In this document: piece by piece, positions 28,436 through 38,556 of the stretch
Layout: the number at the start of each line of letters is the position of its first letter
Numbering within the stretch: the stretch's first letter is position 1
Source of the DNA: an uncultured Thermoleophilia bacterium
GTDB taxonomy: Bacteria > Actinomycetota > Thermoleophilia > UBA2241
Direction of reading: 5' to 3'
Assembly (NCBI GenBank): GCA_963808735.1
Contig: CAWEHE010000012.1
Coordinates: forward strand, 55,051-119,050
DNA: 64,000 bases
Made by a program: the position numbers and the translations under genes
Notes under the pieces: generated by a model
The model's database searches: none
What the model was told of the DNA's origin: nothing
Seen by the model: only the letters and a program-made list of their open reading frames with translations

Positions 28436-29866
28436 TCAGTCGACCGCGCCGCACACCTCTGCCAGGGCGGCGAGCTGGTCGTCGCTCAGCAGTGAGCCGT
28501 TCCCCTGTTCTTCTCTGCCGCCAGCGTGCGCTCGACGATGTCGCGCGCCTCGTCGATCTCCTGGCGGCCCTCGGCGATCCACTGCTCGAAGGGGAGGCGG
28601 CTGCCGATGACCGGCTGGAAGTGTTCGCCCGCGCGCACGCGCTCGCGCGTGGCCTTCTCCTTGAGGAAGTTGCCGCCTACGCCGACGCGCTCGATCATGT
28701 CGAGCATGATCGTCTCCGGCGTGATCTCCGCACCGTCGACGACGCGCTTGACCATGCGCGCCACCTCGGCGTCGATGGGCACCATGGGCAGGTGCCACAC
28801 GCTCGACGAGTCGAGCGCGCCGAAGCCGCCGCTGATGAGGTCGACCCCCGTCAGGGCCGCCGGCAGGGCCTTCATGCCCTTCTCGTAGCCGGCCTGCAGC
28901 CCCGGGTGCTTGGCGTCGCTCGAGAGCCCGGGGTTGTGGACCGGCAGACCGAGGTGGTGGCCGATCTCCACCGAGGCGACACCCATCAGGGTGTTCTCGG
29001 GCGACCCGAGCGACATGGAACTCGTGCGCATGTCCAGGATGCCGGGGCCGCAGCAGGCGAGGACCGGCGCGCCGGGGGCGGCGACCTGCGTGACGGTCAC
29101 CATGCCCAGCAGCTCCGCCCACATCTGCGCGAGCGTGCCGGCGACGGTGATCGGCGACGTGGCGCCGACCATGGTCATGCAGTAGGCGAAGATGGGTGCG
29201 CCCAGCCGCGCGAACTCGCACGTGACGTCGAGCAGGCGGCTGTTCACTTCGAGCGGCGCACGGACGGCGCACACAGGCCGAGGCGCGGGTGCCGCGGTGC
29301 GCCTCGAGGCTGCCGCTGAGGATCTCCATGATGCGCCGCACCGGCTCGGTCTCGTGCGGGCAGTCCACCATCACGAGCGGCTTCGAGGTGCTGCTGAGGT
29401 ACGCGTGGTACTCCAGCAGCTCACGCTGCTCGATGGGGACGTCGTTCGCGGTCGCGAACGTCCACATGAGGTCGAGCTCCGGCGTGGCGTCCATGACCGT
29501 GGAGCCCTCGCGGATGTCCTGGAGGGTCGCGGGCCTCAGCTGCCCGGTGCGGAAGTCGAGCGTCTTGGCGATGCAGGCGGAAGGGTTGAAGTGCGGGCCG
29601 TTGACACGGTCGAAGACGATGTCCTGCGCCGCGGTGGCCCCGGCCATGCCCCACGCGGGGGGCAGCGTGGACAGCGCCTCGCGAACGAGCGCCTCGGGCA
29701 TGCGCACGACACCGGTCTCGTGATCCACGACGGCGCCGCGCTCTTCCAGGGGCCCGAGGATCTCCGCGCCCTTGAAGCACATGCCCACGCGCTCGAGCAC
29801 GGCCAGCGCAGAGTCGATGATGAGGTCCCGCTCACTCGCGCTCAGCCAGCTCAGCCTGCACTTCAA
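28436..29866 (-). CDS. MttB superfamily methyltransferase, non-pyrrolysine type, copy 2; frameshifts near 29275 and 28500
   Basis: TTG start after AAGGAG. MKCRLSWLSASERDLIIDSALAVLERVGMCFKG...GPHFNPSACIAKTLDFRTGQLRPATLQDI...MDATPELDLMWTFATANDVP...LVMVDCP / ...GAPIFAYCMTMVGATSPITVAGTLAQMWAE...GILDMRTSSMSLGSPENTLMGVASVEIGHHLGLPV...SSDAKHPGLQAGYEKGM...GVDLISGGFGALDS...MIERVGVGGNFLKEKATRERVRAGE / ...LSDDQLAALAEVCGAVD. About half of the residues match copy 1 by eye. Confidence 0.8.
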   Translation of the reverse strand: MKCRLSWLSASERDLIIDSALAVLERVGMCFKGAEILGPLEERGAVVDHETGVVRMPEALVREALSTLPPAWGMAGATAAQDIVFDRVNGPHFNPSACIAKTLDFRTGQLRPATLQDIREGSTVMDATPELDLMWTFATANDVPIEQRELLEYHAYLSSTSKPLVMVDCPHETEPVRRIMEILSGSLEAHRGTRASACVRRPCAARSEQPPARRHVRVRAAGRTHLRLLHDHGRRHVADHRRRHARADVGGAAGHGDRHAGRRPRRAGPRLLRPRHPGHAHEFHVARVAREHPDGCRLGGDRPPPRSAGPQPRALERRQAPGAAGRLREGHEGPAGGPDGGRPHQRRLRRARLVERVAPAHGAHRRRGGAHGQARRRRCGDHAGDDHARHDRARRRRRQLPQGEGHARARARGRTLPAGHRQPPPLRAVDRRGPPGDRRGARHRRAHAGGREEQGNGSLLSDDQLAALAEVCGAVD

Positions 29867-30086
29867 GGTCGCTCCTTTCGGCCTGCCCTCGGCGGGGCCG
29901 GCGCCGACGGCGAAGACTAGTCAACCGGTCACTCGACCCAACTCTTGCCAGAGGGCCGGACGGTGTCAAGCGAGGGCGGACGGGGCCGGGCGGCCGCGCC
30001 GGCCCCACTGGGGCCGGGTCTTTCGGCGGCTGCGGCGGCGCAGGTGGCGGGGCCGGGACAGCGCCCCGCCGCCTGCGCTCTCCGGA

Positions 30087-30600
30087 TCATGCCTCGGGCG
30101 GCGCCAGGCTCTTGCGGACGTCCTTCATGCGCAGCATGAGGTGGGACGGGTCCGTCGGTGACGGCACGAAGCCGTACCTCTCGTAGAAGCCCCGCGCCCG
30201 CTCGGTGGGAGCCTCGGCGACCACGGCCCGGGCGAACATGGTGCCGGAGGCCTGCAGGCTGCGGCTCAGGGCCTGGACGAGCATTGCCTCGCCGAGGCCC
30301 TCACCCTGCGCCGAGCCGTCGACCGCGAGGCGCGCCAGCAGGACGGCCGGCACCTCGCGAGGCCCCTTGCCGGCGGCCGGCACCTGCGTGTCGGGCCGCG
30401 GCCCCACGCTCGCCGCCTTCAAGCTGAAGTAGGCCAGCGGCCGGCCGTCGCGCGCGAGCACGCGAGTCTTGCCGGCGCGCTGCTCGGCCAGGGCGCGCTC
30501 CGCGAGGAACGCGTCCAGGGCCGGCTCGCCGCAGGCGAAGCCGGCCACGTCGTCGGCAGCGGCCAGGGCGCGGACGTCCGCAGCGGCCTCGCGCGGACGC
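30087..30600 (-). pseudogene. GNAT-family acetyltransferase toxin (TacT/AtaT-like) lacking a recognisable start codon
   Basis: ...VRALAAADDVAGFACGEPALDAFLAERALAEQRAGKTRV...YFSLKAASV...PAVLLARLAVDGSAQGEGLGEAMLVQALSRSLQASGTMFARAVVAEAPTERARGFYERYGFVP...LMLRMKDV matches toxins paired with DUF1778 antitoxins. There is no ATG/GTG/TTG in frame upstream of the conserved core. Confidence 0.6.
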
Positions 30601-30770
30601 GGCGGCCTCGGGCTGCGAGCTCCGGGATCACGGCCGACTTGCCCCCGAGGAGCTCCGTGAAGGCGATCCACCGGGCGTCGGGGAGGACGAACGCGGTCTG
30701 GTCGGCGGACGTGACCGCCTCCTCGGCCCCGGCGAGGTCGTCGAGCTGTAGTCCGGCGCCACGGGGCAGG
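30601..30770 (-). pseudogene. DUF1778 (TacA-like) antitoxin remnant, C-terminal half only
   Basis: A frame offset from both neighbours reads ...LDDLAGAEEAVTSADQTAFVLPDARWIAFTELLGGKSAVIPELAA, which is the C-terminal toxin-binding part of the family. The N-terminal RHH part is absent, and the position is occupied by the 3' end of the Fe-S gene. Confidence 0.45.
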
Positions 30771-31472
30771 CCAGCTCACACACGCGGCAGTACTCGGTGA
30801 CGTTGCTGGCCTCCTCGATACCGAAGAGCGCGCCGTCCATGACCTCGAAGTCCACGTCCAGCTGGTCCTGCCGCTGCTTGCAGAGGGAACGCTTGAAGGC
30901 GCCGCCGCCGAAGGCGTCTTTGGGGCATGCCGTGCGGCACGGCTCGGCGCAGCCGCGTACAGGGGTCGAAGCCCTGCAGCGGGCCCGTCGGCTCCAGGTC
31001 GGCCTCCATGAAGATCCCGCGCCAGCGGATGCGCGGCCCGAACTCCGGCGTGACCACGAGGTTGTTCCTGCCGATCACGCCCAGGCCTGCCAGCACGGCG
31101 GCGTCCTTGAGGAACGCGCCGCCGTACTCGATCTGGTACGGGAGCGAGAGGGCGCCCATACCGAGTTCTTCGTTGATCCAGGTGCGCAGCCGCCTGGACT
31201 GCGCCGCCAGCTCGCGGTTGCCCGGCGTGAAGCCCTTGACCTTGAGGCTCCACCAATCCAGCAGCGGCTCGGCCGCCGGGTGAGCCAGCCCCCAGACCAG
31301 CATGGACTTGAACTCGTCCTTCCACTCCACGCCGTCGTACTCGGGGTAGAAGGGGTCGGCGTCGTAGACGGGGTACGAAGGGGCGCCTTTGAGGTCGGCG
31401 ATGCGCACGATGCCGACGACCGCGGCGCCCTCCTCGCGGGCCCTGGCCAGGATCTTCTGTCACGCTGCTCAT
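30628..31472 (-). CDS. 4Fe-4S dicluster protein of the epoxyqueuosine-reductase / reductive-dehalogenase-like family; frameshifts near 31455 and 30955; native 3' end probably near 30765
   Basis: MSSVT / KILARAREEGAAVVGIVRIADLKGAPSYPVY...WKDEFKSMLVWGLAHP...YGGAFLKDAAVLAGLGVIGRNNLVVTPEFGPRIRWRGIFMEADLEPTGP. After frame correction the motifs CTGCAEPCRTACPKDAF and YCRVCELACPVA appear (two CxxCxxxCxxxCP-like motifs). Confidence 0.6.
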
Positions 31473-31503
31473 CTTCTTTCACGGCCGTCGCTGCTCATGT
31501 GCC

Positions 31504-33572
31504 TCACTCCGCGTTCAGTCTGACCAGGGCGTCGGCCGCCACCGCACCCTTGCCCTCCTCGAGCACGAGGAGCGGGTTGATGTCCAGCTCGGCGACCGCG
31601 CCGGGGTCCTTCTCCACCATGGCCGCGACGGCCATGATGACGTCGGCCGCCGCATTCAGGTCGGCCTGCGGACAGCCCCTGAAGCAGTTCAGCAGCGGTG
31701 CGCACTGCAGCGCGCCGAGGGCCTCCAGCACGTGCTCCCGGGTGACCGGGAGCAGCAGGGAGGCGCTGTCCTTCATCAGCTCGACGAGGATACCGCCGCC
31801 GCCGACCACGAGGTACGGGCCGAACTGCGGGTCGCGGGCCACGCCGACGATGAGCTCGGTCACGGCGCCCTCGATCATGCGTTCGACCAGGTACGCCTGC
31901 GACAGCCCGGCCATGAGGTCGAGGGCGCCCCTGACCTCGTCGGCGCTGCGCAGGTCGAGGCGCACGCCGCCGACGTCGGACTTGTGCGCCACTCCAAGTG
32001 CCTTGACGACGACGGGGAAGCCCAGCTCCTCTGCCGCCGCGGCGGCCTCGTCGGCCGAGTGCGCCACGCGCGAGGCCGGGACGGGCACGCCGTGCTTCGC
32101 GAGCATGGCCTTGGACGCGGCCTCGTCGAGGACGTCGACGGACGCCGCGGTGCGGCCCGGGTGCTGTGAGCAACGGCTGGGCCGGCGGCCGCGACCAGGC
32201 GGCGCCGATGTCGTAGGCCGCCTTGACGGCCGCCACGCCGCCGTCGATGCCGGCCAGCATGGCGACGCCGTCCTGCATGAGGCGGTCGGCGACGTCCTCG
32301 GAGCAGGTGTCGGAGAACGTCGCCATGACGGCGCCCTTGGTGCCCGTCTCTTTGGCGGCGCGCACGAAACCGCGCTCCGCGCCGCCCCAGGTGGACTGGT
32401 CGCACTTGTCGGCGCGGGGATAGTCGAGCAGGCAGAGCGCGACGTCGAACTCGTCGGAGAGCAGGGCGCCGAAGATGGCGGCGTTGGCCTCGTCGTCGTC
32501 CCACGAGAACATCTGGTAGTCGAACGGGTTGGACGGGACGACGCGCTCGTGGACGACCGCACGCAGCCGCTCCGTCGCCTGCGGCGAGAGCGGCGGCAGC
32601 GACAGCCCCGGCTTGAGCGCGTCGGCCAGGAGGGTGAGGTCCCCGCCGGAGGTGCTCATCGCAGCGATGCGCCCGCCGCCCAGCGGCCCGAGCACATGCA
32701 GCACCTTGAGCGCCTCGATCAGCGCCTCCAGCGAGTCGACGCGGGCGACACCCAGCACGGGAAAGGAGCGCGTCCACGAGCACGTCCGAGCCGGCCAGCG
32801 ACGCGGTGTGCGACATGACCACCTGCTGGGCGACCTGGGAGCGGCCGGTCTTGATGGCGACGATGGGCTTGCCCAGCTCGCGCGCCACGTCCACCGCCTG
32901 CTGGAGGGTCGCCGGGTCGGGCAGCGCCTCCAGGTACAGGCCGATGGCCGTGACCCGCTCCTGCCGGGCGAACAGCTCGATGGCCTCGTGCAGGTCGAGC
33001 TTGAGACGGTTGCCGAGCGAGACCATGTAGGCGATCGGCAGGCCACGACGCTGCATGGTGAGGTTGAAGCCGACGTTGGACGAGGCGGTGATGATGGCCA
33101 CGCCTCGCTCCACGCGCTTGCCGCCCTGCTGGTCCGGCCAGAGCATGGCCCCGCTCACGTAGTTCAGCAGGCCGTAGCAGTTCGGCCCGACGAGGACCAT
33201 GTCGCCGCACGCCTCCAGCAGCTGCTGCGTGAGTTCGGAGCCCTCCTCACCGGCCTCCGCGAAGCCGGTGGCGTACGAGACGGCGCCGCCGGCGTCCAGC
33301 GCCGACAGTCCCCGCATGATATCGATGGTGAGGTTGCGGTTGACGCCGACGTAGGCCGCATCCGGGCTCCCCGGCAGCTCGTCGACCGAGCGGTAGACCC
33401 GGCGCCCCATGATCTCGTCCTTCTTGGGGTGGACGGGCCAGATCTCGCCGTCGTAGCCCATCAGGTCGCACTGGCGGATCACCTCCTGAGCCTGCGCCCC
33501 GCCGAAGACTGCGATGGAGCGCGGGTCCAGCAGGCGCGCGAAGCGCGCAGGGTCGACCCTCACCGTACCCAT
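31504..33572 (-). CDS. ADP-forming acyl-CoA synthetase (acetate--CoA ligase [ADP-forming] family; fused CoA-binding/ligase-CoA + ATP-grasp); frameshifts near 32760 and 32165
   Basis: ...PRSIAVFGGAQAQEV...GEIWPVHPKKDEIMGRRVYRSVDELPGSPDAAYVGV...LVGPNCYGLLNY...AIITASSNVGF...VSLGNRLKLDLHEAIELFA...KPIVAIKTGRSQ...MSHTASLAGS / ...GGRIAAMSTSGGDLTLLAD / ...DEAASKAMLAKHGVPVPASRVA...ELGFPVVVKALGVAHKSDVGGVRLDL...VERMIEGAVTELIVGVARDPQFGPYLVVGGGGILVE. Confidence 0.8.
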
Positions 33573-33609
33573 GGTGACCTCCGTGGTCTGTGCTGCGCGG
33601 CCGCCGGCG

Positions 33610-34374
33610 TCAGAGCCGGAGGCCGCCGTCGACCGGAATCACCCGGCCGTTGATGAAGTCGTTCTCGATGGCGAAGCGGACGGCCATGGCGATCTCGGCC
33701 GGCTCGCCCATGCGGCGTAGGGGAATGGCGTCGGTGAGCGCCTTGCGCGCCTCTTCCGGCATGGCCTGCGCCATCTCCGTGGCGGTGAGGCCCGGGGCGA
33801 TGGCCACCGCGCGGATGCCGTACCGCGCCAGCTCCATGCCCCAGGTACGCGTCATGCCGACGACGCCGGCCTTGGCCGCGCTGTAGTTGGTCTGGCCGAG
33901 GTTGCCGAGCCAGGAGAGTGACGAGATGGAGACGATGACGCCTCCGGTGCCCTGCCGCACCATGTGCCAGGCGGCCTCTCGCGAGCACAGGAAGACGCCC
34001 GTGAGGTCCACGTCGATGACGGCCTGCCACTTGGCCAGCGAGAGCTTCTCCACCTCGTCGCCCTTCTTGCGCACGAGGAACCCGTCGCGGTTGAGGCCGG
34101 CGTTGTTCACGACGACGTCGATGCCGCCGGCGTGCTCGACGAACGCGCCGAACAGGGCCTCAACCTCGGCCTCGTCGGCGACGCTGGCCGTCTGGGACCA
34201 GAGCGCGTGCGCCGGATCCAGGCCTGCCGCCTGCTCGTGGAGCTCGTCCAGGCCGGCCGGGTCCACGTCGCACACGCCCACCTGCGCCCCGGCCTGCGCC
34301 AGGTCGAGGGCGAACGTGCGGCCCAGGCCGCGGCCGGCGCCCGTGATCAGGATCCTCGCTCCCGCGATCTGCAC
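33610..34374 (-). CDS. Short-chain dehydrogenase/reductase (FabG-like); intact
   Basis: ILITGAGRGLGRTFAL (TGxxxGxG), NNAGL, SISSLSWLGNLGQTNYSAAKAG (S...YxxxK), PGLTAT. Uninterrupted 254 codons with a GTG start. Confidence 0.85.
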   Translation of the reverse strand: MQIAGARILITGAGRGLGRTFALDLAQAGAQVGVCDVDPAGLDELHEQAAGLDPAHALWSQTASVADEAEVEALFGAFVEHAGGIDVVVNNAGLNRDGFLVRKKGDEVEKLSLAKWQAVIDVDLTGVFLCSREAAWHMVRQGTGGVIVSISSLSWLGNLGQTNYSAAKAGVVGMTRTWGMELARYGIRAVAIAPGLTATEMAQAMPEEARKALTDAIPLRRMGEPAEIAMAVRFAIENDFINGRVIPVDGGLRL

Positions 34375-34991
34375 CTCGGCTCCTCTCTCGGCTGTGACGG
34401 AGGCCGCGGCGTGTGGTCACCGTGCGGGCGGCCGAGCGCGAACGCGCGCTCGTTGACGCCGCGGATCTTGGCCGGCACTGCCCGTTCGAGGGCTCGCTCC
34501 CACGAGGACTGCGCGAAGGGGAGCACGGCGCTCGCCGCGCCGAGGAGGGCGACGTTGACGGCCTTGAGCGTGCCGGCCTCCCGCGCCAGCGCCTCGGCGT
34601 CGACGGACACGAGGCGGACCCCGCGGGCCTCAGCCTCCGCCGCGAGGTCCTCCGGGTACTGCTCCTCCCGCCGCAGCACGCTGCCGGGTGGGATGACGGT
34701 GCTGACCGCGCACACCAGCGTGCCGCCGGCGCCGAGCAGGCGCAGGCCGCGGTGGCCCTCCAGGAGCTCGGTGGCGAGCACCACGTCGGCGTGCTTGGAG
34801 ACGGGCGAGTGGACCTTCTCGCCGAAACGCACCGTGCTGACGACGCTGCCGCCGCGCTGAGCCATGCCGTGGATCTCGCTGGCCTTGACCATGAGGCCGT
34901 CGGCCGAAGCCGCTTCACTGAGGATGGAGGCGGCAAGCAGGATGCCCTGGCCGCCGACGCCGACGAGGCAGACCGTGGTCACACCGCTCAT
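34347..34991 (-). CDS. iorB: Indolepyruvate:ferredoxin oxidoreductase subunit beta
   Basis: MSGVTTVCLVGVGGQGILLAASILSEAASADGLMVKASEIHGMAQRGGSVVSTVRFGEKVHSPV...ADVVLATELLE. GGGAGG sits 5 nt upstream of the ATG. The last 15 or so codons look non-native, and an alternative frame gives ...ALGRPAR-TGA near 34413. Confidence 0.8.
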   Translation of the reverse strand: MSGVTTVCLVGVGGQGILLAASILSEAASADGLMVKASEIHGMAQRGGSVVSTVRFGEKVHSPVSKHADVVLATELLEGHRGLRLLGAGGTLVCAVSTVIPPGSVLRREEQYPEDLAAEAEARGVRLVSVDAEALAREAGTLKAVNVALLGAASAVLPFAQSSWERALERAVPAKIRGVNERAFALGRPHGDHTPRPPSQPREEPRCRSRERGS

Positions 34992-36777
34992 TCACACCTC
35001 CCGCGACCGGCGAGGGCTCGAGTGTGAGCGCGCCTCGCTTGCAGACCTCGACGCACAGGCCGCACCCCGTGCAGGAATCGGTGATGCGCACCGTGTCCTC
35101 TTCTGGGACGATGGAGGGGCAGCCGATGGCGAGGCACAGCCCGCAGAGGTTGCAGCGCTCGTCGTCCACCAGCACCGTGCCCGACTTCTCGCGGACCAGC
35201 AGGGCGCACGGCGCCTCGGCGACGATGACGCCCAGGCCGGGCGTGGCGACCTCCGTCTTGATGGCGTCGACGATGGCCCCGTAGTCCTTGGCATCGATGG
35301 TCGTGCAGCGCACGCCGATGCCGTCGCACAGCGCCTGGAGGTCGATGCTCGGCCCCTCCGTCATGTCCGGCCGCACGCCGGTGCCCGGGTTACCCTGGTG
35401 GCCGGTCATCGCCGTGGTGCGGTTGTCCAGGATGAGGACCAGGCCCTCGGCCTCGTTGTACGAGGCGCTGATGAGCCCGGTGATGCCGGAGTGGAAGAAC
35501 GTGGAGTCGCCGATGACGGCGGCCGCGGCCTTCTTGCCCAGCGCCTCGTTGAAGCCGGCCATCATGCCGATGCTGGCACCCATGCACAGCGAACTGTCGA
35601 GCGCGTTGAGCGGCGGGTCCGCGCCCAGCATGTAGCAGCCGATGTCGCCCATGGCCGCCAGCTTCTGCCGTTTGAGAGCCGTGAACACCGAGCGGTGCCG
35701 GCAGCCGGGGCAGAGCACAGGCGGGCGCACCGGCAGGTCTTCGCCCTGCGGCAGCGGCCGCAGGCGCTGCGCCGGCGGGTAGACCGGCTGCCGGCGCTCC
35801 GGCGCCGGGGCGTCGATGTACGGCGCCAGCGCCTCCCGCACCATGTCCTGGTCCAGCTCGCCGTCGGCCGGGATGGCCTCCTTGCCGATCACCGGCAGGC
35901 CGAGCATGCGGACGGTCTCCTCGATGATCGGGTCGAGCTCCTCGACCACGGCCACCTGCGAGACCTGCTCGTAGAACTCCGCGATCTTGCGCCACGGGTG
36001 CGGCCAGGACATGCCCAGCTTGAGCACCCACACGTCGGGGAAGGCCTCCTTGACGTACTGGTACGCCACGCCCGAGGTGATGATGCCGAAGTCGACCGTG
36101 CCCGGCTCGATGACGTTGAGCGGCGACTCCTCGGCGCGCTCCCGCAGGCGCACGAGCCGCTCGAGGATGAAGCGCGTGCGCAGGCGCGCCCACTGCGGGA
36201 CCATGAGGTGCTTGGTGATGTCCTTGACGTAGGCGATGTGCGGCGGCTCGATGCGCTCGCGCTGCACTACCTGACCGCGCCCGTGCGACAGCTTGGTCGA
36301 CGAGCGCAGCAGCACCGGCGTGTCGAACTCCTCCGAGAGCGCGAAGGCCTCGGCCACGAAGTCGTAGGCCTCCTGGCTGTCCGACGGTTCGACCATGGGG
36401 ATCTTGGCGAAGCGCGCGTAGTTGCGACTGTCCTGCTCGTTCTGCGACGACGCCATGCTGGGGTCGTCGGCGCTGACGATGACGAGGCCGCCGTTGACAC
36501 CCGTCTCGGTGAGCGTCAGCAGCGGGTCGGCGGCCACGTTGAGGCCGACGTGCTTCATGCTGACGATGCTGCGCACGCCGGCGCGCGAGGCGCCGACGGC
36601 CGTCTCGAGCGCGACCTTCTCGTTGACGCACCACTCGGCGTGGATGCCTTCAAGGCTCGCGGCCGTCTCGAGGATCTCCGTGGAGGGCGTGCCCGGGTAG
36701 GCGCAGGCGAAGCCGGCACCGGCGCGGACGGCGCCGTAGCCGATGGCCTCGTTGCCCATGAGGAAGAGAGTGTCCAT
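34915..36777 (-). CDS. iorA: Indolepyruvate:ferredoxin oxidoreductase subunit alpha (TPP- and 2x[4Fe-4S]-binding); intact except probable lost stop near 34990
   Basis: MDTLFLMGNEAIGYGAVRAGAGFACAYPGTPSTEILE...MKHVGLNVAADPL...CPGCRHR...IGCYMLG...GDSTFFHSGITGLI...DNRTTAMTGHQ...ERCNLCGLCLAIGCP...CTGCGLCVEVC. The ORF runs 77 nt into iorB. The natural end is probably just before the iorB ATG. Confidence 0.85.
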   Translation of the reverse strand: MDTLFLMGNEAIGYGAVRAGAGFACAYPGTPSTEILETAASLEGIHAEWCVNEKVALETAVGASRAGVRSIVSMKHVGLNVAADPLLTLTETGVNGGLVIVSADDPSMASSQNEQDSRNYARFAKIPMVEPSDSQEAYDFVAEAFALSEEFDTPVLLRSSTKLSHGRGQVVQRERIEPPHIAYVKDITKHLMVPQWARLRTRFILERLVRLRERAEESPLNVIEPGTVDFGIITSGVAYQYVKEAFPDVWVLKLGMSWPHPWRKIAEFYEQVSQVAVVEELDPIIEETVRMLGLPVIGKEAIPADGELDQDMVREALAPYIDAPAPERRQPVYPPAQRLRPLPQGEDLPVRPPVLCPGCRHRSVFTALKRQKLAAMGDIGCYMLGADPPLNALDSSLCMGASIGMMAGFNEALGKKAAAAVIGDSTFFHSGITGLISASYNEAEGLVLILDNRTTAMTGHQGNPGTGVRPDMTEGPSIDLQALCDGIGVRCTTIDAKDYGAIVDAIKTEVATPGLGVIVAEAPCALLVREKSGTVLVDDERCNLCGLCLAIGCPSIVPEEDTVRITDSCTGCGLCVEVCKRGALTLEPSPVAGGVNERCDHGLPRRRRRPGHPACRLHPQ

Positions 36778-36880
36778 GCCGCTCTGGTTCACCGAGCCCT
36801 TTCCGTCGTTCCTAAGAGTTGTCCGGTCGACTTCCTGAGAATCCACGTTGTAACAGGAGAAGCTGCGGGGCTGAAGCATA

Positions 36881-38536
36881 TCACCCGCAGTACTTCTCGC
36901 GCAGCACCTTCTTGTCGAGCTTGCCGACGCTCGTCTTGTCGAGCTCGGGCACGAAGAGGATCCTGTCGGGCACGCCGTACTTGGGGATCACGCCCTTCTG
37001 CGCGCTGTCCAGGGCGAAGCGCCGGATGTCCTCGGCGTCGTCCGGCGCGCCCTCCCTGAGCGACCACCAGGGCCAGCGGCCGCTCGCCCCACTTGTCGTC
37101 CGGCACGCCGACCACGGCCACCTCGCTCACGCCGGGATGCTGCAGGAGAGGTTCTCGAGGTCGAGGGACGAGACCCACTCGCCGCCGGTCTTGATGACGT
37201 CCTTGATGCGGTCCGACACCTGCAGGTAGCCGTCGGGTCGATGAAGCCGACGTCGCCGGTGTGCAGGTAGCCGCCGGCCCACAGGGTCCTCGGAGTTCTG
37301 CGCGTCCTTGAGGTACCCATCGTCACCCACGGCGCCCGCACGACGACCTCGCCGGTGGCCTTGCCGTCGTGGCGCACGTCGCGCATCTCGGGGTCGACGA
37401 CGCGCAGGTCGACGAGCGGATCGGGCGCCCGGCGCGGCAGCGGACCTCGAGCTCCGCGTCGTCGTCGAGGTCCGCATCGCCGGGTCCAGGTGGCGCCAGC
37501 GATGAGGACGGGCACGGTCTCGGACAGGCCGTAGCCGCCGATAGATGTCGATGCCGCGGTCCAGCGCCTCCGTGCAGACGGCCCTGGGCAGCGGCCGCGC
37601 CGCCGATGATGACCTTCCAGCCGCGCACGTCTGCCGTCGCCACGGCCGCGCTGCGCAGCAGCATGTACATGATGGTGGCCACGCAGTGCGAGAACGGTGA
37701 CCTTCTCGCGCTCGATGAGGCCGAGCAGCCCCGTCCGGCTCGTACCGCCCCGGGTACACCTGCTTCACGCCCATGCAGCGTGGCCATGTACGGATAGCCC
37801 CACGCGTGGACGTGGAACATCGGCGTGATCGGCATGTAGACGTCGTCGCGCGTGGAAGCCGCCCTGGGACGGCGCCATGGCCATGGCCGTGAGGCCGCAG
37901 AGGGTGTGCAGCACGAGCTGCCGGTGGCTGTAGTAGACGCCCTTCGGCAGGCCGGTGGTGCCGGTGGTGTAGAAGGTGGTGGCGCAGCGTGTCCTCGTCG
38001 AGGTCGGGGAAGTCGTAACGCGCCGGGCTCAGCGCGCGAGCATGCGCCTCGTACTCGCCGTCCAGAGGCACGCTCGTGGCCGGCTGGCCCGTCCAGGTCG
38101 CTGAGCAGGATGACCTTGCGGACCCTGCCGCAGCCGGTCCCAGAGCCGCTCCAGGACGGGCAGGAACTCGGCGTTGACGAGCAGCACGTCGTCCTCGGCG
38201 TGGTCGATCGTGTAGAGGATCTGCTCGGGGGAGAGGCGCACGTTCACGGTGTGCAGCACCGCGCCCATCATGGGCACGGCGAAGAAGCACTCCAGATAGC
38301 GGTGGCTGTCCCAGTCCAGGACGCCGACCGTGTCGCCCGGCTCGACGCCGAGGGCGGCGAGGCCGGCGGCCAGACGGTGCACGCGGGCTTCGAACTCGCT
38401 GTAGGTGTAGGCGCACGCGGTCGCGGTAGACGATCTCCTGGTCGCCGGCGTGCGCCATGGGCGCGTGCAGCAGGTGCTTGATGAGGAGCGGGTAGCGGTA
38501 CGCCTCGGGCGTCCGGGCGATCAGCTTGGGCGGCAT
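36881..38536 (-). CDS. AMP-dependent acyl-CoA synthetase/ligase (ANL superfamily); heavily frameshifted (6 or more changes)
   Basis: [39 protein letters not shown] / [69 protein letters not shown] / [21 protein letters not shown] / [13 protein letters not shown] / GYLKD...[27 protein letters not shown] / [29 protein letters not shown] / ...[35 protein letters not shown]. Confidence 0.75.
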
Positions 38537-38556
38537 GCTCGACCTCCGGATGCCGG

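Noticed and set aside
20255-29866. Possible pyrrolysine codons in the two MttB paralogs.
   Set aside because: No in-frame TAG is present in the conserved core of either copy. The breaks between ORF pieces are frame shifts, not amber codons. They are therefore called non-Pyl members.
34915-34991. The 77-nt overlap of iorA with iorB as a possible programmed frameshift or true overlap.
   Set aside because: A GGGAGG-N5-ATG for iorB lies just at the point where IorA homologs end. A single indel removing the native stop is more likely, given the indel load of the window.
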